A stretch of DNA of 64,000 nucleotides from Candidatus Micrarchaeia archaeon (GTDB lineage: Archaea; Micrarchaeota; Micrarchaeia; Anstonellales; Bilamarchaeaceae), in assembly GCA_041653635.1 (NCBI GenBank), contig JBAZFC010000001.1, forward strand, positions 902,969-966,968, given 5' to 3'. How positions within the stretch are numbered: position 1 is the stretch's first letter; every line of letters starts with the position of its first letter. Below the pieces are notes generated by a model that saw nothing but the letters and a program-made list of their open reading frames with translations, had not been told where the DNA came from and searched no databases. Position numbers and translations under genes: made by a program. This document shows, piece by piece, positions 1-9,229 of this stretch.

Positions 1-31
1 TTATATAAACCTATATAATGTATATACTTAT

Positions 32-307
32 ATGACGAAAGCGGTTGCGGAAGTGCTCCATTACCCCCGGCTGGATACGGTCATTATGGTGGAGGAGGCG
101 ATAAAGAACGCGCCGGATTACCCCACCAAGGCGAAGCTGATGAGGATTCTTCCCAAGAAGATAATGTACCAGACGCTACTTGTGATACTGGATTACCTGC
201 AAACCTCAAACAAGATACTCATCGACAAAAGAGACGGAAAGATAGTGTGGGTTTGGAATCCGAAAGGTGTAGAAGAAATACGCCGGAAAGGGCTTATCAT
301 AAGATGA
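32..307 (+). CDS. hypothetical small protein (possible DNA-binding partner/antitoxin of the downstream RelE-like ORF)
   Basis: 91-aa ORF, co-oriented with and 61 nt upstream of a RelE/ParE-like ORF. No recognisable catalytic motif. Confidence 0.4.
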   Translation: MTKAVAEVLHYPRLDTVIMVEEAIKNAPDYPTKAKLMRILPKKIMYQTLLVILDYLQTSNKILIDKRDGKIVWVWNPKGVEEIRRKGLIIR

Positions 308-368
308 TTACTGGCATTAGTGGCGGAGAGGCCTGAATTCTTTTATAAAGCCGGAAACTTATGAAATT

Positions 369-713
369 TTGATGCATAGGAAAATTGAGGTCGGTTTTGC
401 AGACCAGGGCATTTCGGATGCATTTGATGCGCTTAAGCACGGGAAGGGGGCGGAGCAGGAATTATACGAATCGCTCAACAAAGCTTTTGATGAGCTCAAA
501 ATGGACCCTTTATGCGGAATAAAAGTGCCAAGAAAATTATGGCCAAAAGAATATGTGAAAAAATACGGGATAGACAATCTCTGGAAATACAATCTGCCAC
601 GGGGCTGGAGAATGACGTATACGCTGCGGATGGAAGAAGTGTGCATACTCGCGGTAGCGCTTGAATGGATGGACCACAAGGATTACGAGAGGAGGTTTGG
701 ATACAGGGGCTGA
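369..713 (+). CDS. RelE/ParE-superfamily toxin-like protein
   Basis: 114 aa. The C-terminal half 'NLWKYNLPRGWRMTYTL..VCILAVALEWMDHKDYERRFGY' resembles the RelE/ParE/YoeB pattern (..W.yrl..g.R..Y.i....v.il.i..H.dYer). Confidence 0.45.
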   Translation: MMHRKIEVGFADQGISDAFDALKHGKGAEQELYESLNKAFDELKMDPLCGIKVPRKLWPKEYVKKYGIDNLWKYNLPRGWRMTYTLRMEEVCILAVALEWMDHKDYERRFGYRG

Positions 714-761
714 CTCTCCGCCAGGCCCTCCAGAAAAGATTATAAAAGAGAAAAATGGAGA

Positions 762-1994
762 ATGATGAATATGCGGCTGGCTTTTGCATTGATTATGCTG
801 GGGGCGCTTGTGCTGGCGGGATGTGCGCAGCAGGATGGGCAGGCAGGGGTTCCTGCATCTGCCACACCACAACCTCCGGCAGGCCCGGAGCCGGGGGAAG
901 GCGCGGGAGCAGCAGCCCAGCAAAATGATTCCCCGGTTGTGGCTGCGCCGGAGGGCGGCTCCCCGAAAATCGCCTCGTGGCTGGCGAAAAAAGATGAGAT
1001 AATCGCAAGCGGAAAGCCTTACAGCCTGGTGATGGCCGGATGGTTCACCCCGGAAGAGGCGGCGGCCATCAGGTCGCAGAATCCTGACACAATCCTGCTC
1101 GCGGGGCTTTCGGCGAACTGGGTGTATGAGGAGGAGGGGTGGATGGGGTTCCTGAACGCCATCGCCAATTACGGAAGCGCGGAGCCGGTGGAGATAACGG
1201 AGGATATGTACCTGCGGAAGCCGGACGGGGGAAGGTGCGCGTTCGGATGGGCTTCGGACGAGTGGGGGCACGCGGAGATATATGCGATGGACCCAAGAAG
1301 CCGGGAATGGGCCGGGATGATAAGCAATTTTTACAAAAACGCATATGGCCAGCCACAGCATGACGGGATAATAGTGGACATGGTCACGGAGGCATCATGG
1401 TGCCCGGATGCGATAAGCGATGCGGAGTGGGTTGGAGCCACGAAATCCCTCATGGATGGGATACGGGCGCAGGATGCGCAGGGGAAAATCGCGATATTCA
1501 ATGCGGGCAGGGACATTTCGCAGATTGATGAATACGCGGAATACATGGACGGGTACGTGATGGAGAATTTCCTGGGGGAATGGGGGGCGGATTACAGGGC
1601 CGGGCTGGAGGCCGCGGAAGGCGATTATATCGTTGTCTATGCCGCGGATACAGATGACACCGGGGTGAAGAACCTCACGAGGATGAGGCTCGGGCTCACC
1701 CTGAGCATGCTCAATGACAATACATATTTTGCGTATGATTTCGGCCCGCGCGACCACGGGCAGGCATGGTGGTTCCCTGAATACGATGCGGACCTTGGGG
1801 CTCCCCTGGGCGCCTATTATGAGAAAGATGGGGCGTACTGGAGGGAATTTGAGAGGGGCATTGTGGTGAGCTCCCCGTATGCGGATGTGAATGTGGGCTT
1901 CTCAGGGGAATATTCGGACATCTCCAGCGGGAGTAGAGGAGTGGAGTTCGTGGTGGAGGCGGGGGACGGAAGGATTTTTGAGAAGGTGGAGTGA
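762..1994 (+). CDS. secreted lipoprotein, possibly TIM-barrel glycoside-hydrolase-like
   Basis: 410-aa ORF. Signal peptide plus lipobox 'LVLAGCAQQ'. The body ('DGIIVDMVTE','FNAGRD','DGYVMENFLGEW') is reminiscent of GH114/GHL-type barrels. The family assignment is weak. Confidence 0.55.
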   Translation: MMNMRLAFALIMLGALVLAGCAQQDGQAGVPASATPQPPAGPEPGEGAGAAAQQNDSPVVAAPEGGSPKIASWLAKKDEIIASGKPYSLVMAGWFTPEEAAAIRSQNPDTILLAGLSANWVYEEEGWMGFLNAIANYGSAEPVEITEDMYLRKPDGGRCAFGWASDEWGHAEIYAMDPRSREWAGMISNFYKNAYGQPQHDGIIVDMVTEASWCPDAISDAEWVGATKSLMDGIRAQDAQGKIAIFNAGRDISQIDEYAEYMDGYVMENFLGEWGADYRAGLEAAEGDYIVVYAADTDDTGVKNLTRMRLGLTLSMLNDNTYFAYDFGPRDHGQAWWFPEYDADLGAPLGAYYEKDGAYWREFERGIVVSSPYADVNVGFSGEYSDISSGSRGVEFVVEAGDGRIFEKVE

Positions 1995-2020
1995 AACAGG
2001 GCATCATGATTTGAAAAAAC

Positions 2021-3319
2021 TTATCTTTGCCTGTGGTGGCCCCTGTGCCATTGCTTCTTTGGGCGCTTGTTGCTGTGCCTCCTGCCGCCGTGCCCAAATC
2101 CCGGGCCATAAGCCGGGCCTTGCCCGGAACCTTCATGCCCGGAGCCGTGGCTTGAGCCCCCGTGAGAAGAACCCCCGTGCCCGGAACCCACGTGTTCCGA
2201 ACCCTCGTGCCAGGAATGCTCGCGTCCCGGATTTCCATAATTGGAACGCCTGTGCTGCTGCCCCTGTTGGCGGGGCGGGGGCGCATCGTGCGATACGAAT
2301 GTAATCACTTTTCCTTCGGCGCCCATCCTCCCTGTGCGGCCGGCCCTGTGCATATGGGTTAACTTGTCCTCAGCCTCATCGTAGTTTATGATAAGCCCGA
2401 CATCATCTATATGCAGCCCGCGGGAGGCGACATTTGTCGCCACCAAAACCCGAACCTCGTTTATCTTGAACCTTTCAATCATGCGCGTCCTTTTCGGCTG
2501 TTCCATGTCCCCATGGAGCATTCCCACGTGGGGAATGTTGGCCTCCTCCAGCTTGCGCTTCAATTTCATCACGCCTCTCCGCGTGCGTGCAAATACAAGA
2601 GTCTTTATGCCGGGGTGGAGCTGGAGCGCTTCCAGCAATTTGGGAACCTTCTGCACATGAGGGACGTCAATCCGCTCCTCTTTTATGCTTGAGACGGTCC
2701 TCATCTCCCCGACTTCAATCAATTCCGAATTGGGAATATACCTGGATGCAATCTGCTTTATCTCCGCATCAACGGTGGCGGAAAAGAGAAGCGTGAGGCG
2801 GTCGGAGGGCAGATTGTCCAGTATGCCGAAGACCTCCTTCCTGAAGCCGATGTCAAGCATGTGGTCCGCCTCATCCAGGACAACGGCGTTGAATTTGGAC
2901 AAATAAACGGTGCCGCGGTTGCACAGGTCTACGAGACGACCGGGGGTGGCAACTAAAATATCATAACTCTTCTGGAGGTCCCTTATCTGGAATATCAATT
3001 TCTGCCCGCCGAATGCTGCGCGCACGTTCAGCCCGTGGGGAAGCCCCAGCTTGCGCAATTCCTCGCAAACCTGGAGCGCAAGCTCGCGCGTGGGCACGAG
3101 GACGAGCGCCTTGGAAGTGGTTTTGGCGGCAATCCTCTCAATCAAACCTATTCCGAAGGCTGCTGTTTTGCCCGTTCCGGTCTGGCTGCGCACGATGAGG
3201 TTTTTCCCCTCGATTATCTTGGGAATCGCCTTCACCTGCACTTCCGTGGGCTCCTCATACCCCAAATCGGCTATGGATTTCAGGGTTTTAGCTGAAAGCT
3301 TCAAATCTGCAAATTTCAT
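2021..3319 (-). CDS. DEAD-box ATP-dependent RNA helicase with His/Gly/Ser-rich C-terminal tail
   Basis: Motifs present: Q-motif region 'EPTEVQ', Walker A 'SQTGTGKT', 'VLDEADHMLD' (DEAD), 'SAT' and 'HRAGRTGR'. Start chosen at the MKFADLKL Met; the ORF is open to 3358. Confidence 0.9.
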   Translation of the reverse strand: MKFADLKLSAKTLKSIADLGYEEPTEVQVKAIPKIIEGKNLIVRSQTGTGKTAAFGIGLIERIAAKTTSKALVLVPTRELALQVCEELRKLGLPHGLNVRAAFGGQKLIFQIRDLQKSYDILVATPGRLVDLCNRGTVYLSKFNAVVLDEADHMLDIGFRKEVFGILDNLPSDRLTLLFSATVDAEIKQIASRYIPNSELIEVGEMRTVSSIKEERIDVPHVQKVPKLLEALQLHPGIKTLVFARTRRGVMKLKRKLEEANIPHVGMLHGDMEQPKRTRMIERFKINEVRVLVATNVASRGLHIDDVGLIINYDEAEDKLTHMHRAGRTGRMGAEGKVITFVSHDAPPPRQQGQQHRRSNYGNPGREHSWHEGSEHVGSGHGGSSHGGSSHGSGHEGSGQGPAYGPGFGHGGRRHSNKRPKKQWHRGHHRQR

Positions 3320-3492
3320 CTTAATCACTTTTTTTGGAAACCGTTTATCTAAAACCACGGCAGTTCTTTAACCCATTGCTTGCGCGAAGGATTTGAAAGC
3401 CGGTTGCTTAGAGCAAGGGTTTTCTTTTCTTTATGTTATTTAATTGTGTTTAAACCTGTTTAAAAGAGTATGGTATGCGCCATTCCCGGCAT

Positions 3493-4146
3493 CTAGGCCC
3501 GTCCCTTTTCCGCTTCATATTGGCAGGGGGTGGGGTTTGCAGGAATCTCTTTTGAATCAATTGTGATTTTGGATATCCTTCCGCGCGGGTACAAGCCAAC
3601 TGGGCCGAGCATGAACATCGCGCTGTCCGGCTGCGCATTCTCTTCCATGTCCTTCAGGGTTGCGGGGCGTATCTTCTCCACTTCCGGGCTCTCGCCCACG
3701 ATATAAACGCAACTGAAGTCGGGAAGCTCGCGCCTCAATATGCGTGCGGCCTCCTCGCGGGGTATCTGAACGAGTATGTCGCTGTTTGACAGGAGCTCAT
3801 TGACGCCCTTTTCATCCGCCCACATCACCCTTATGAAGAATTCCGTGTGCTCTATGGACAGGCTCGCGCCATTCACGGAAGTCAGCTCAAGCTCTTCCTT
3901 TTTGCATTTGTTCCCGCGGGGGGTAAGTCCATCATGCTCAGAGACTTTTGCGGAATAGAGCGCCAGCCCTTCCCGTGAGGACCGCGGGCGGGAATAGTGC
4001 GGCTCAGGGCCTATTTTGTGTTGGGAAGTGACGGGCATGCCCCTCTTTCTGAGGGCATCCGCCTCCAGAGGAAGCACGTTGAGATGCCTGACGAAAGAAG
4101 GTGCGTACTCACGCGATGGATTTCTTGGATCCACGAGCTTTGCCAT
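3493..4146 (-). CDS. hypothetical protein
   Basis: 217-aa ORF with normal composition and no recognised motif. Confidence 0.5.
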   Translation of the reverse strand: MAKLVDPRNPSREYAPSFVRHLNVLPLEADALRKRGMPVTSQHKIGPEPHYSRPRSSREGLALYSAKVSEHDGLTPRGNKCKKEELELTSVNGASLSIEHTEFFIRVMWADEKGVNELLSNSDILVQIPREEAARILRRELPDFSCVYIVGESPEVEKIRPATLKDMEENAQPDSAMFMLGPVGLYPRGRISKITIDSKEIPANPTPCQYEAEKGRA

Positions 4147-4190
4147 GGTAATAATGTGTTAGAAAGGGTTTATAAATGCTAGTAAAAGGT

Positions 4191-4709
4191 TTATCCCCGC
4201 CCGTATCTGCCGCGCAATTCCGCCTGCCCAAGGATGTGCCCCTGCATCGCGGCATCCAATTGTTCTTTTGTGGAACCGGCGGAAAGGTTGAGCATGGAAT
4301 CCAACGCATAAACCGTAAAACGGTAATTGTGCGCGGGGCCCGGGGGAGGGCAAGGGCCGCCATATCCGCTCCTTCCAAAATTGTTCTTTCCTGAGGTTCC
4401 GGGGGAAGCCCCTTCTGCGATGGAGGTGGTTCCGGCTGGAATATTCCATAAAACCCAATGCACGAATTTTCCTGAGGGAGAATCAGGGTCGTCCAAAACA
4501 AGTGCAAATGACTTCGTCCCGTTGGGCGCGGCGCTTATCCTGAGCGCGGGGCTCACATCCTGTCCATCACATCCATATTTTAGAGGAATATTCCCTCCAT
4601 TTGCAAACGCGGGGCTTTCCAGTTTCATTTCGCTCACCTCAAAAGGGATTTCCTGCTGCGCACATCCCACTAAAAGAAAGAAGAAAAGCAACAGCGGAAC
4701 CCCTTTCAT
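4191..4709 (-). CDS. PEBP/YbhB-YbcL family (Raf-kinase-inhibitor-like) lipoprotein
   Basis: Lipobox 'LLVGCAQQ'. PEBP signature 'LVLDDPDSP..FVHWVLWNIP' and 'GYGGPCPPPGPAHNYRFTVYALD'. Confidence 0.85.
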   Translation of the reverse strand: MKGVPLLLFFFLLVGCAQQEIPFEVSEMKLESPAFANGGNIPLKYGCDGQDVSPALRISAAPNGTKSFALVLDDPDSPSGKFVHWVLWNIPAGTTSIAEGASPGTSGKNNFGRSGYGGPCPPPGPAHNYRFTVYALDSMLNLSAGSTKEQLDAAMQGHILGQAELRGRYGRG

Positions 4710-4748
4710 CGGCTCGGCATTGGCAGGCAGAATTTTAATATTGCACGC

Positions 4749-5219
4749 CTACTTCCGGGACGGGAACTGCTTTCCTCCCGCCTTGGGTTTCTCAGGCTTC
4801 TCCTCTTCCTCTTCACGTGCCTGCGCAGCCCCGGGCCTGCCCCCAACGCGCCTCTCCACCTCGCGCTGGATGTGTTCCTCCCTCTCTTTGTGCATCTCGG
4901 CAGCCGTTTCCATGGTATGCTTCCCATAGAACAAGCCGCTGAGGAACATCAGGACGGAGATGAGAAGGAGCGTAAGCGGAAGGCCGAGGTAGAGCATCGG
5001 CAGGATGCTCGTGGCTATCTGATCCCTTATCTCGTTGAAGCCCTGCGGGACATAAAGGCCGCAGGTGTTGATGCTCTCCACGCTGTTGGCCGAGAAAAAG
5101 GAAATCAGCAGGTTGCCCACGTAGCCCAGATAGGTCAGTGCGTAGTAAAGGCCGCCTACCAGCACAACCACAGCCAGAATCCCCAATGCAAGTGCAAGTA
5201 TCTTGTTTTTCATATGCAT
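4749..5219 (-). CDS. membrane protein with Glu/Lys-rich C-terminal tail
   Basis: 156-aa ORF with two or three predicted TM helices, then a charged tail 'REEEEEKPEKPKAGGK'. Confidence 0.5.
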   Translation of the reverse strand: MHMKNKILALALGILAVVVLVGGLYYALTYLGYVGNLLISFFSANSVESINTCGLYVPQGFNEIRDQIATSILPMLYLGLPLTLLLISVLMFLSGLFYGKHTMETAAEMHKEREEHIQREVERRVGGRPGAAQAREEEEEKPEKPKAGGKQFPSRK

Positions 5220-5292
5220 CCCCAGAACCGGTCAGCTTTAACATTTATAAAATATGCTGGGAGGCCAAGAATAAAAATGAAAAAAGAAGGAT

Positions 5293-6291
5293 TCACTCTG
5301 GCTCGGTTGCGCCCGTGGCGCATTTCCACTCAACGCTCGCGGTCTGGGAGTTCACGTTTATCACGCAATGGGGCGTGCAGTCCTCCACAGGCAGCGTCGG
5401 GTCTATGCCGAACCACCATGTCCCGGTGTTGGTGTCGCATGTGTATGCGGCGCCGTTTATCGTGCCGAGGCTCCTGCATACTATGCTGTCCCTGGTCGCG
5501 ATGTTGAACGCGCGGGACTTGCTCAGGCTCTTGTTCGTGGCCGCGGAAAAGCATGCGTCCCCGCCTGCATTCACCGGAGGCAGCCCGGGCAGCACATACG
5601 TCCCCATCTCAAGGCCGGTACAGCGGTAATTCACTTCTGCCATGCCGGAGTTCACATTGACCACGCATGCGGGTGAGCAGCCTTCCCTCGGAATGGTTGT
5701 GTCAAGCCCTATCCACCAGGTGCCCGAGTTCTCGTTGCACGCAACGTCAGCCCTGTCAAGCGTCCCTTCGTTCATGCACCCGCTTGCCTCGGCCGCAACA
5801 TATGCCTCGCCAAGGGTCATGCTGACGCCGAACCCGGAATAGGAGCACTCCTGGCTCTCATCGGGCATTATGAGCCCGGTGCACATCCAGTTGATTTCCG
5901 CGGTGCGCGTGTCCTCGCTGACCACGCACGCCGGGGAGCATCCCTGTCGCACTATGTCCGTCCCGAACCACCACGTCTTGGAGTTCTCGTTGTACGTGGC
6001 AGCCGCGGCTGTCAGCGCACCCTCGTCCATGCACGGGCTGGACTCCGCGATTGCGCGGGCCTGCGCCTCGGTCAGTGCGGGGCACGGGGTTTCCCATGAC
6101 CTCACGCACTCCTGCCTGGACTCGCACCAGGTGTACCCAGCGGAGGGGATGCAGCCATGCGCGTCCCTGTCGCTTCCCGGCGGCTGGGACTGGTTCTCCG
6201 AAGGAGCCGCTGCTGGCGGCTGTTCCTGCTGGGCGCACCCTGCTAGGACCAGGAGCGCGGCCAACCCAAATGCAAATAGGATCTGTTTCAT
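5293..6291 (-). CDS. secreted lipoprotein with three tandem Cys/Trp-rich ('WW-Cys') domains
   Basis: Lipobox 'LVLAGCAQQ'. Three ~55-aa repeats follow the pattern C..N...G(T)WW(F/I)G.D......(G/D)C(S/T)P.CV(V/I)......AE(I/V)(N/E)(W/Y).C(T/A)G. Confidence 0.7.
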   Translation of the reverse strand: MKQILFAFGLAALLVLAGCAQQEQPPAAAPSENQSQPPGSDRDAHGCIPSAGYTWCESRQECVRSWETPCPALTEAQARAIAESSPCMDEGALTAAAATYNENSKTWWFGTDIVRQGCSPACVVSEDTRTAEINWMCTGLIMPDESQECSYSGFGVSMTLGEAYVAAEASGCMNEGTLDRADVACNENSGTWWIGLDTTIPREGCSPACVVNVNSGMAEVNYRCTGLEMGTYVLPGLPPVNAGGDACFSAATNKSLSKSRAFNIATRDSIVCRSLGTINGAAYTCDTNTGTWWFGIDPTLPVEDCTPHCVINVNSQTASVEWKCATGATEPE

Positions 6292-6364
6292 GGTACCACG
6301 CGGGGAATAAGAAGGATGAAATATAAAAAAGGAGCGGATGGTTCAAAACGCAGGCAACCGGGCC

Positions 6365-7525
6365 TCAAAGCCCGGCCTCGCCCCTGAGCTTCTCCGCCAT
6401 GTTTGTTTTCTCCCAGGTGAATTCCGGCTCCGTGCGGCCGAAATGCCCGTAGCACGCCGTCTTTTTGTAGATGGGGCGGAGCAAATCCAGGTTGGCAATC
6501 ATGTCCGCGGGCTTGAAGGAGAAATTATCCACTATCAGCTTCTCTATTTTCTCCACCGGGATTTTTGCCGTGCCCCTCGTGTCCACGAACACGGAGAGGG
6601 GCTTCGCAACCCCTATCACATATGAGATTTGCACTTCACAAATATCCGCAAGCCCTGCGGCGACAACGTTCTTTGCAACCCAGCGGGCGGTGTAGGCGCC
6701 GGAGCGGTCCACCTTGGAAGGGTCCTTCCCGGAGAAGCAGCCGCCGCCGTGGTGGCCCCTTCCGCCATATGTATCCACTATGATTTTGCGGCCGGTCACC
6801 CCGGTGTCCGCAGTCGGGCCCCCAAGGACGAATTTCCCGGTGCCGTTCACGTGCACCACGGTGTTCGCATCAAAATAATCTCCGCAAACGGGCTTGACCA
6901 CGTGCTCAACCACGTCTTTCTTTATCTTGTCCAGCGTAACGTTTTCGTCGTGCTGGGTGGCGACGACAACAGTATGGGCGCGGGAGGGCTTGTGGTCCTT
7001 ATACTCTATTGTGACCTGCGTCTTCCCGTCCGGGCGCAAATAAGGAATAGTGCCATCCTTGCGCACTTCCGCCAATCTGCGTGCCAACTTATGCGATAAC
7101 ATTATAGGAAGGGGCATCAGCTCCGGCGTTTCCCTGTTCGCATATCCGAACATTATGCCCTGGTCCCCCGCGCCCTGCTCGTGCCCTGCGCTCGCATTTA
7201 CGCCCTGGGCGATGTCCGGGGACTGGGATGTTATGGAGGCGAGGACGCCGCACGTTCGGTAGTCAAAAAGGTATTCGGGCTTTGTGTAGCCGATGTCCTT
7301 TATCGTGTCCCGCACCACCTTCTGGAATTCCACGTATCCAGCGGTGGTTATTTCGCCCATCACAATCATGAGGCCGGCCGTGGCAGCGGTCTCCACCGCG
7401 ACGCGGGACTTCCTGTCCTGCTTAAGCAGCTCATCAAGGACCGCGTCCGAGACCTGGTCGCACATCTTGTCCGGGTGCCCCTCGGTAACCGACTCCGATG
7501 TGAACAAATAATTCTTGCTGGACAT
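6365..7525 (-). CDS. metK: S-adenosylmethionine synthetase, bacterial/eukaryotic type
   Basis: '[24 protein letters not shown]', '[12 protein letters not shown]', '[21 protein letters not shown]' and '[16 protein letters not shown]' are classical MetK motifs. Confidence 0.95.
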   Translation of the reverse strand: MSSKNYLFTSESVTEGHPDKMCDQVSDAVLDELLKQDRKSRVAVETAATAGLMIVMGEITTAGYVEFQKVVRDTIKDIGYTKPEYLFDYRTCGVLASITSQSPDIAQGVNASAGHEQGAGDQGIMFGYANRETPELMPLPIMLSHKLARRLAEVRKDGTIPYLRPDGKTQVTIEYKDHKPSRAHTVVVATQHDENVTLDKIKKDVVEHVVKPVCGDYFDANTVVHVNGTGKFVLGGPTADTGVTGRKIIVDTYGGRGHHGGGCFSGKDPSKVDRSGAYTARWVAKNVVAAGLADICEVQISYVIGVAKPLSVFVDTRGTAKIPVEKIEKLIVDNFSFKPADMIANLDLLRPIYKKTACYGHFGRTEPEFTWEKTNMAEKLRGEAGL

Positions 7526-7614
7526 CTAAATCACGGAAATGCTACCAATTCCGGGTATAAATAGGTTTCTGAAAGCATTATTCCTATAAGAATAAAAGGC
7601 AAATATAAAATGAA

Positions 7615-7890
7615 TCACTTGCGGCCGGTGGCCTTGATGATGTGCCAGCCGAACTGCGTCTTCACGGGCTTGGAGAGCTCCCCGTCCTTGAGGGAGAAGG
7701 CGGCGTCCTCAAACTCCTTGACCATCTGCCCCTTGCCGAAGAAGCCCAGGTCCCCGCCGTTCTTGCCGCTCGGGCATGAGGAATACCTCTTCGCCATCTC
7801 GGAGAAATCCTTGCCCTTCTTTATCTCCTCAATGATGCGGTTTGCCTCGCGCTCGTTGGAAACGAGGATGTGGCTCGCGCGGACCATCAT
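7615..7890 (-). CDS. parvulin-type peptidyl-prolyl cis-trans isomerase
   Basis: 91 aa. 'ASHILV...[39 protein letters not shown]' is a PpiC/parvulin rotamase domain. Confidence 0.85.
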   Translation of the reverse strand: MMVRASHILVSNEREANRIIEEIKKGKDFSEMAKRYSSCPSGKNGGDLGFFGKGQMVKEFEDAAFSLKDGELSKPVKTQFGWHIIKATGRK

Positions 7891-8057
7891 TCCGAAGAAC
7901 CTTCCTCTTCCTCTGCGAATTTCTTTATGGCGTCAAAGTTCTCCACTATGAGGCGCGCCTTGCCCTTCCCGAAGCTGAACGGATACTTGTCCTCATCGGT
8001 CCTTTTAAGGATAATCAGCCTGTTCCCCTTGTATTCCCCATATTCCACTATAGACAT
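7887..8057 (-). CDS. small hypothetical protein (56 aa), translationally coupled to the parvulin gene
   Basis: Hand-translated as [56 protein letters not shown]. Its stop TGA overlaps the parvulin ATG (ATGA). It falls below the ORF-track length cutoff. Confidence 0.45.
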   Translation of the reverse strand: MSIVEYGEYKGNRLIILKRTDEDKYPFSFGKGKARLIVENFDAIKKFAEEEEGSSE

Positions 8058-8129
8058 AACATCACTGAAAGACTAGTGTAATTGATAATCCTTTAATAGC
8101 GATGCTTCCAATCACTTTCCGGTGATTGA

Positions 8130-8435
8130 TTGGGATTCGTCCATGAATTCAAGGACTTTCTGACAGAGTATAAGGTAATCGGGCTTGCAATCGCCTTCAT
8201 CATGGGCGCGGCAATCACCGATTTGGTCAAGTCGCTGGTGAACAACGTGATAATGCCGGTGCTGACCTTCTTCATCCCGGGAGGCGCGTGGCAGGCGGCG
8301 ACGTTCTCGCTGGGCGCCATTGTAATAAGCTGGGGTGCGTTCCTCGGTGCGCTCATAAACTTCATCATCATCGCGATCGTGGTGTTCATGATTGCGAAGG
8401 CGGTGCTGAAGGAGGAGAAAGTAACAAAGAAATGA
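8130..8435 (+). CDS. mscL: large-conductance mechanosensitive channel
   Basis: 101 aa. 'EFKDFL....VIGLAIAFIMGAAITDLVKSLVNNVIMP' followed by a second TM is the typical MscL layout. Confidence 0.85.
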   Translation: MGFVHEFKDFLTEYKVIGLAIAFIMGAAITDLVKSLVNNVIMPVLTFFIPGGAWQAATFSLGAIVISWGAFLGALINFIIIAIVVFMIAKAVLKEEKVTKK

Positions 8436-8445
8436 GGATGGTCTA

Positions 8446-8640
8446 ATGGAAGGCAGGATGAAATGCAAGTGCGGGAATGAAATTGTCATTGCCGGAGGGA
8501 CCGGCGCCGAGGAATACAGCCTTAAGGCGAAGGGCGGGGAGCTGGAGAAGGGGCAGGGGTTCCTGCGCGTCACCTGCGGGAAGTGCGGCAAGGAAGTGGG
8601 AAAGATAAACCTCTACAAGCAGGTGGAGAAGAAGGATTAA
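8446..8640 (+). CDS. small zinc-ribbon protein
   Basis: 64 aa with Cys pairs CKC....CGKC, 10 nt downstream of mscL. Confidence 0.45.
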   Translation: MEGRMKCKCGNEIVIAGGTGAEEYSLKAKGGELEKGQGFLRVTCGKCGKEVGKINLYKQVEKKD

Positions 8641-8660
8641 ACGGGTTGTTTATCTATTGT

Positions 8661-8927
8661 TCAGACCTCTGCGCCAAGGCACATCCACTGCGCCTCCACG
8701 CTGCCGTTCTGCTTTATGACGCAGACGCCGTTGCAGTGGCCCTTGAGGCGTATCCACCATACCCCGTCCTCCTGGTTGTATCCGTAATCATTCGTGAGGT
8801 TCGCACTCTGGGTGCATTCGCTGTTGAGCGCCAGCTCGTACGCACGGTCAAAGCCCATGGGCTGGGACGCACATCCCGCAAGCACCAGGAAAGACGCCAG
8901 GCAGAACGCAAAGATTGCAGCTTTCAT
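8661..8927 (-). CDS. small secreted lipoprotein with a single 'WW-Cys' domain
   Basis: Lipobox 'LVLAGCASQ'. 'NQEDGVWWIRLKGHCNGVCVIKQNGSVEAQWMCLG' matches the repeat unit of the 5293-6291 protein. Start taken at MKAAIFAF; the ORF is open to 8951. Confidence 0.6.
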   Translation of the reverse strand: MKAAIFAFCLASFLVLAGCASQPMGFDRAYELALNSECTQSANLTNDYGYNQEDGVWWIRLKGHCNGVCVIKQNGSVEAQWMCLGAEV

Positions 8928-8966
8928 GTTCTCACGCGCATCTATTTCCATGCGGATTTAATAACC

Positions 8967-9170
8967 TCATTGTTTCTTCCCGAGCGTGTTCATGCCCAGA
9001 AGGGAATAGAGCGTGCAGGTGCCCATCAACCCGGTAAAGAGCAGGATTGCGGCCACTATTATCCCTAGATAAATGAGGGGCGGGGTGAGCGCGGTGAATG
9101 AATAGTAAAGGAGCGCGAGCCCTAGCACAAACCTTATTGCCCTGTCAACCGTGCCTACATTCTTTTGCAT
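8967..9170 (-). CDS. DUF2892/YgaP-like small membrane protein
   Basis: 'NVGTVDRAIRFVLGLALL' plus two TM helices. Internal Met start chosen; the ORF is open to 9296. Confidence 0.55.
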   Translation of the reverse strand: MQKNVGTVDRAIRFVLGLALLYYSFTALTPPLIYLGIIVAAILLFTGLMGTCTLYSLLGMNTLGKKQ

Positions 9171-9229
9171 GGAACCACGGAAGCAATACGAACGATAAGA
9201 TAAAAAAGAAGGCGGGCGGAAGGGAAGCG

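Noticed and set aside
537-1361. 274-aa minus-strand ORF overlapping the RelE-like gene and the 762-1994 lipoprotein gene
   Set aside because: It has Pro/Arg-rich nonsense-like composition. The plus-strand ORF has a clean signal peptide and lipobox.
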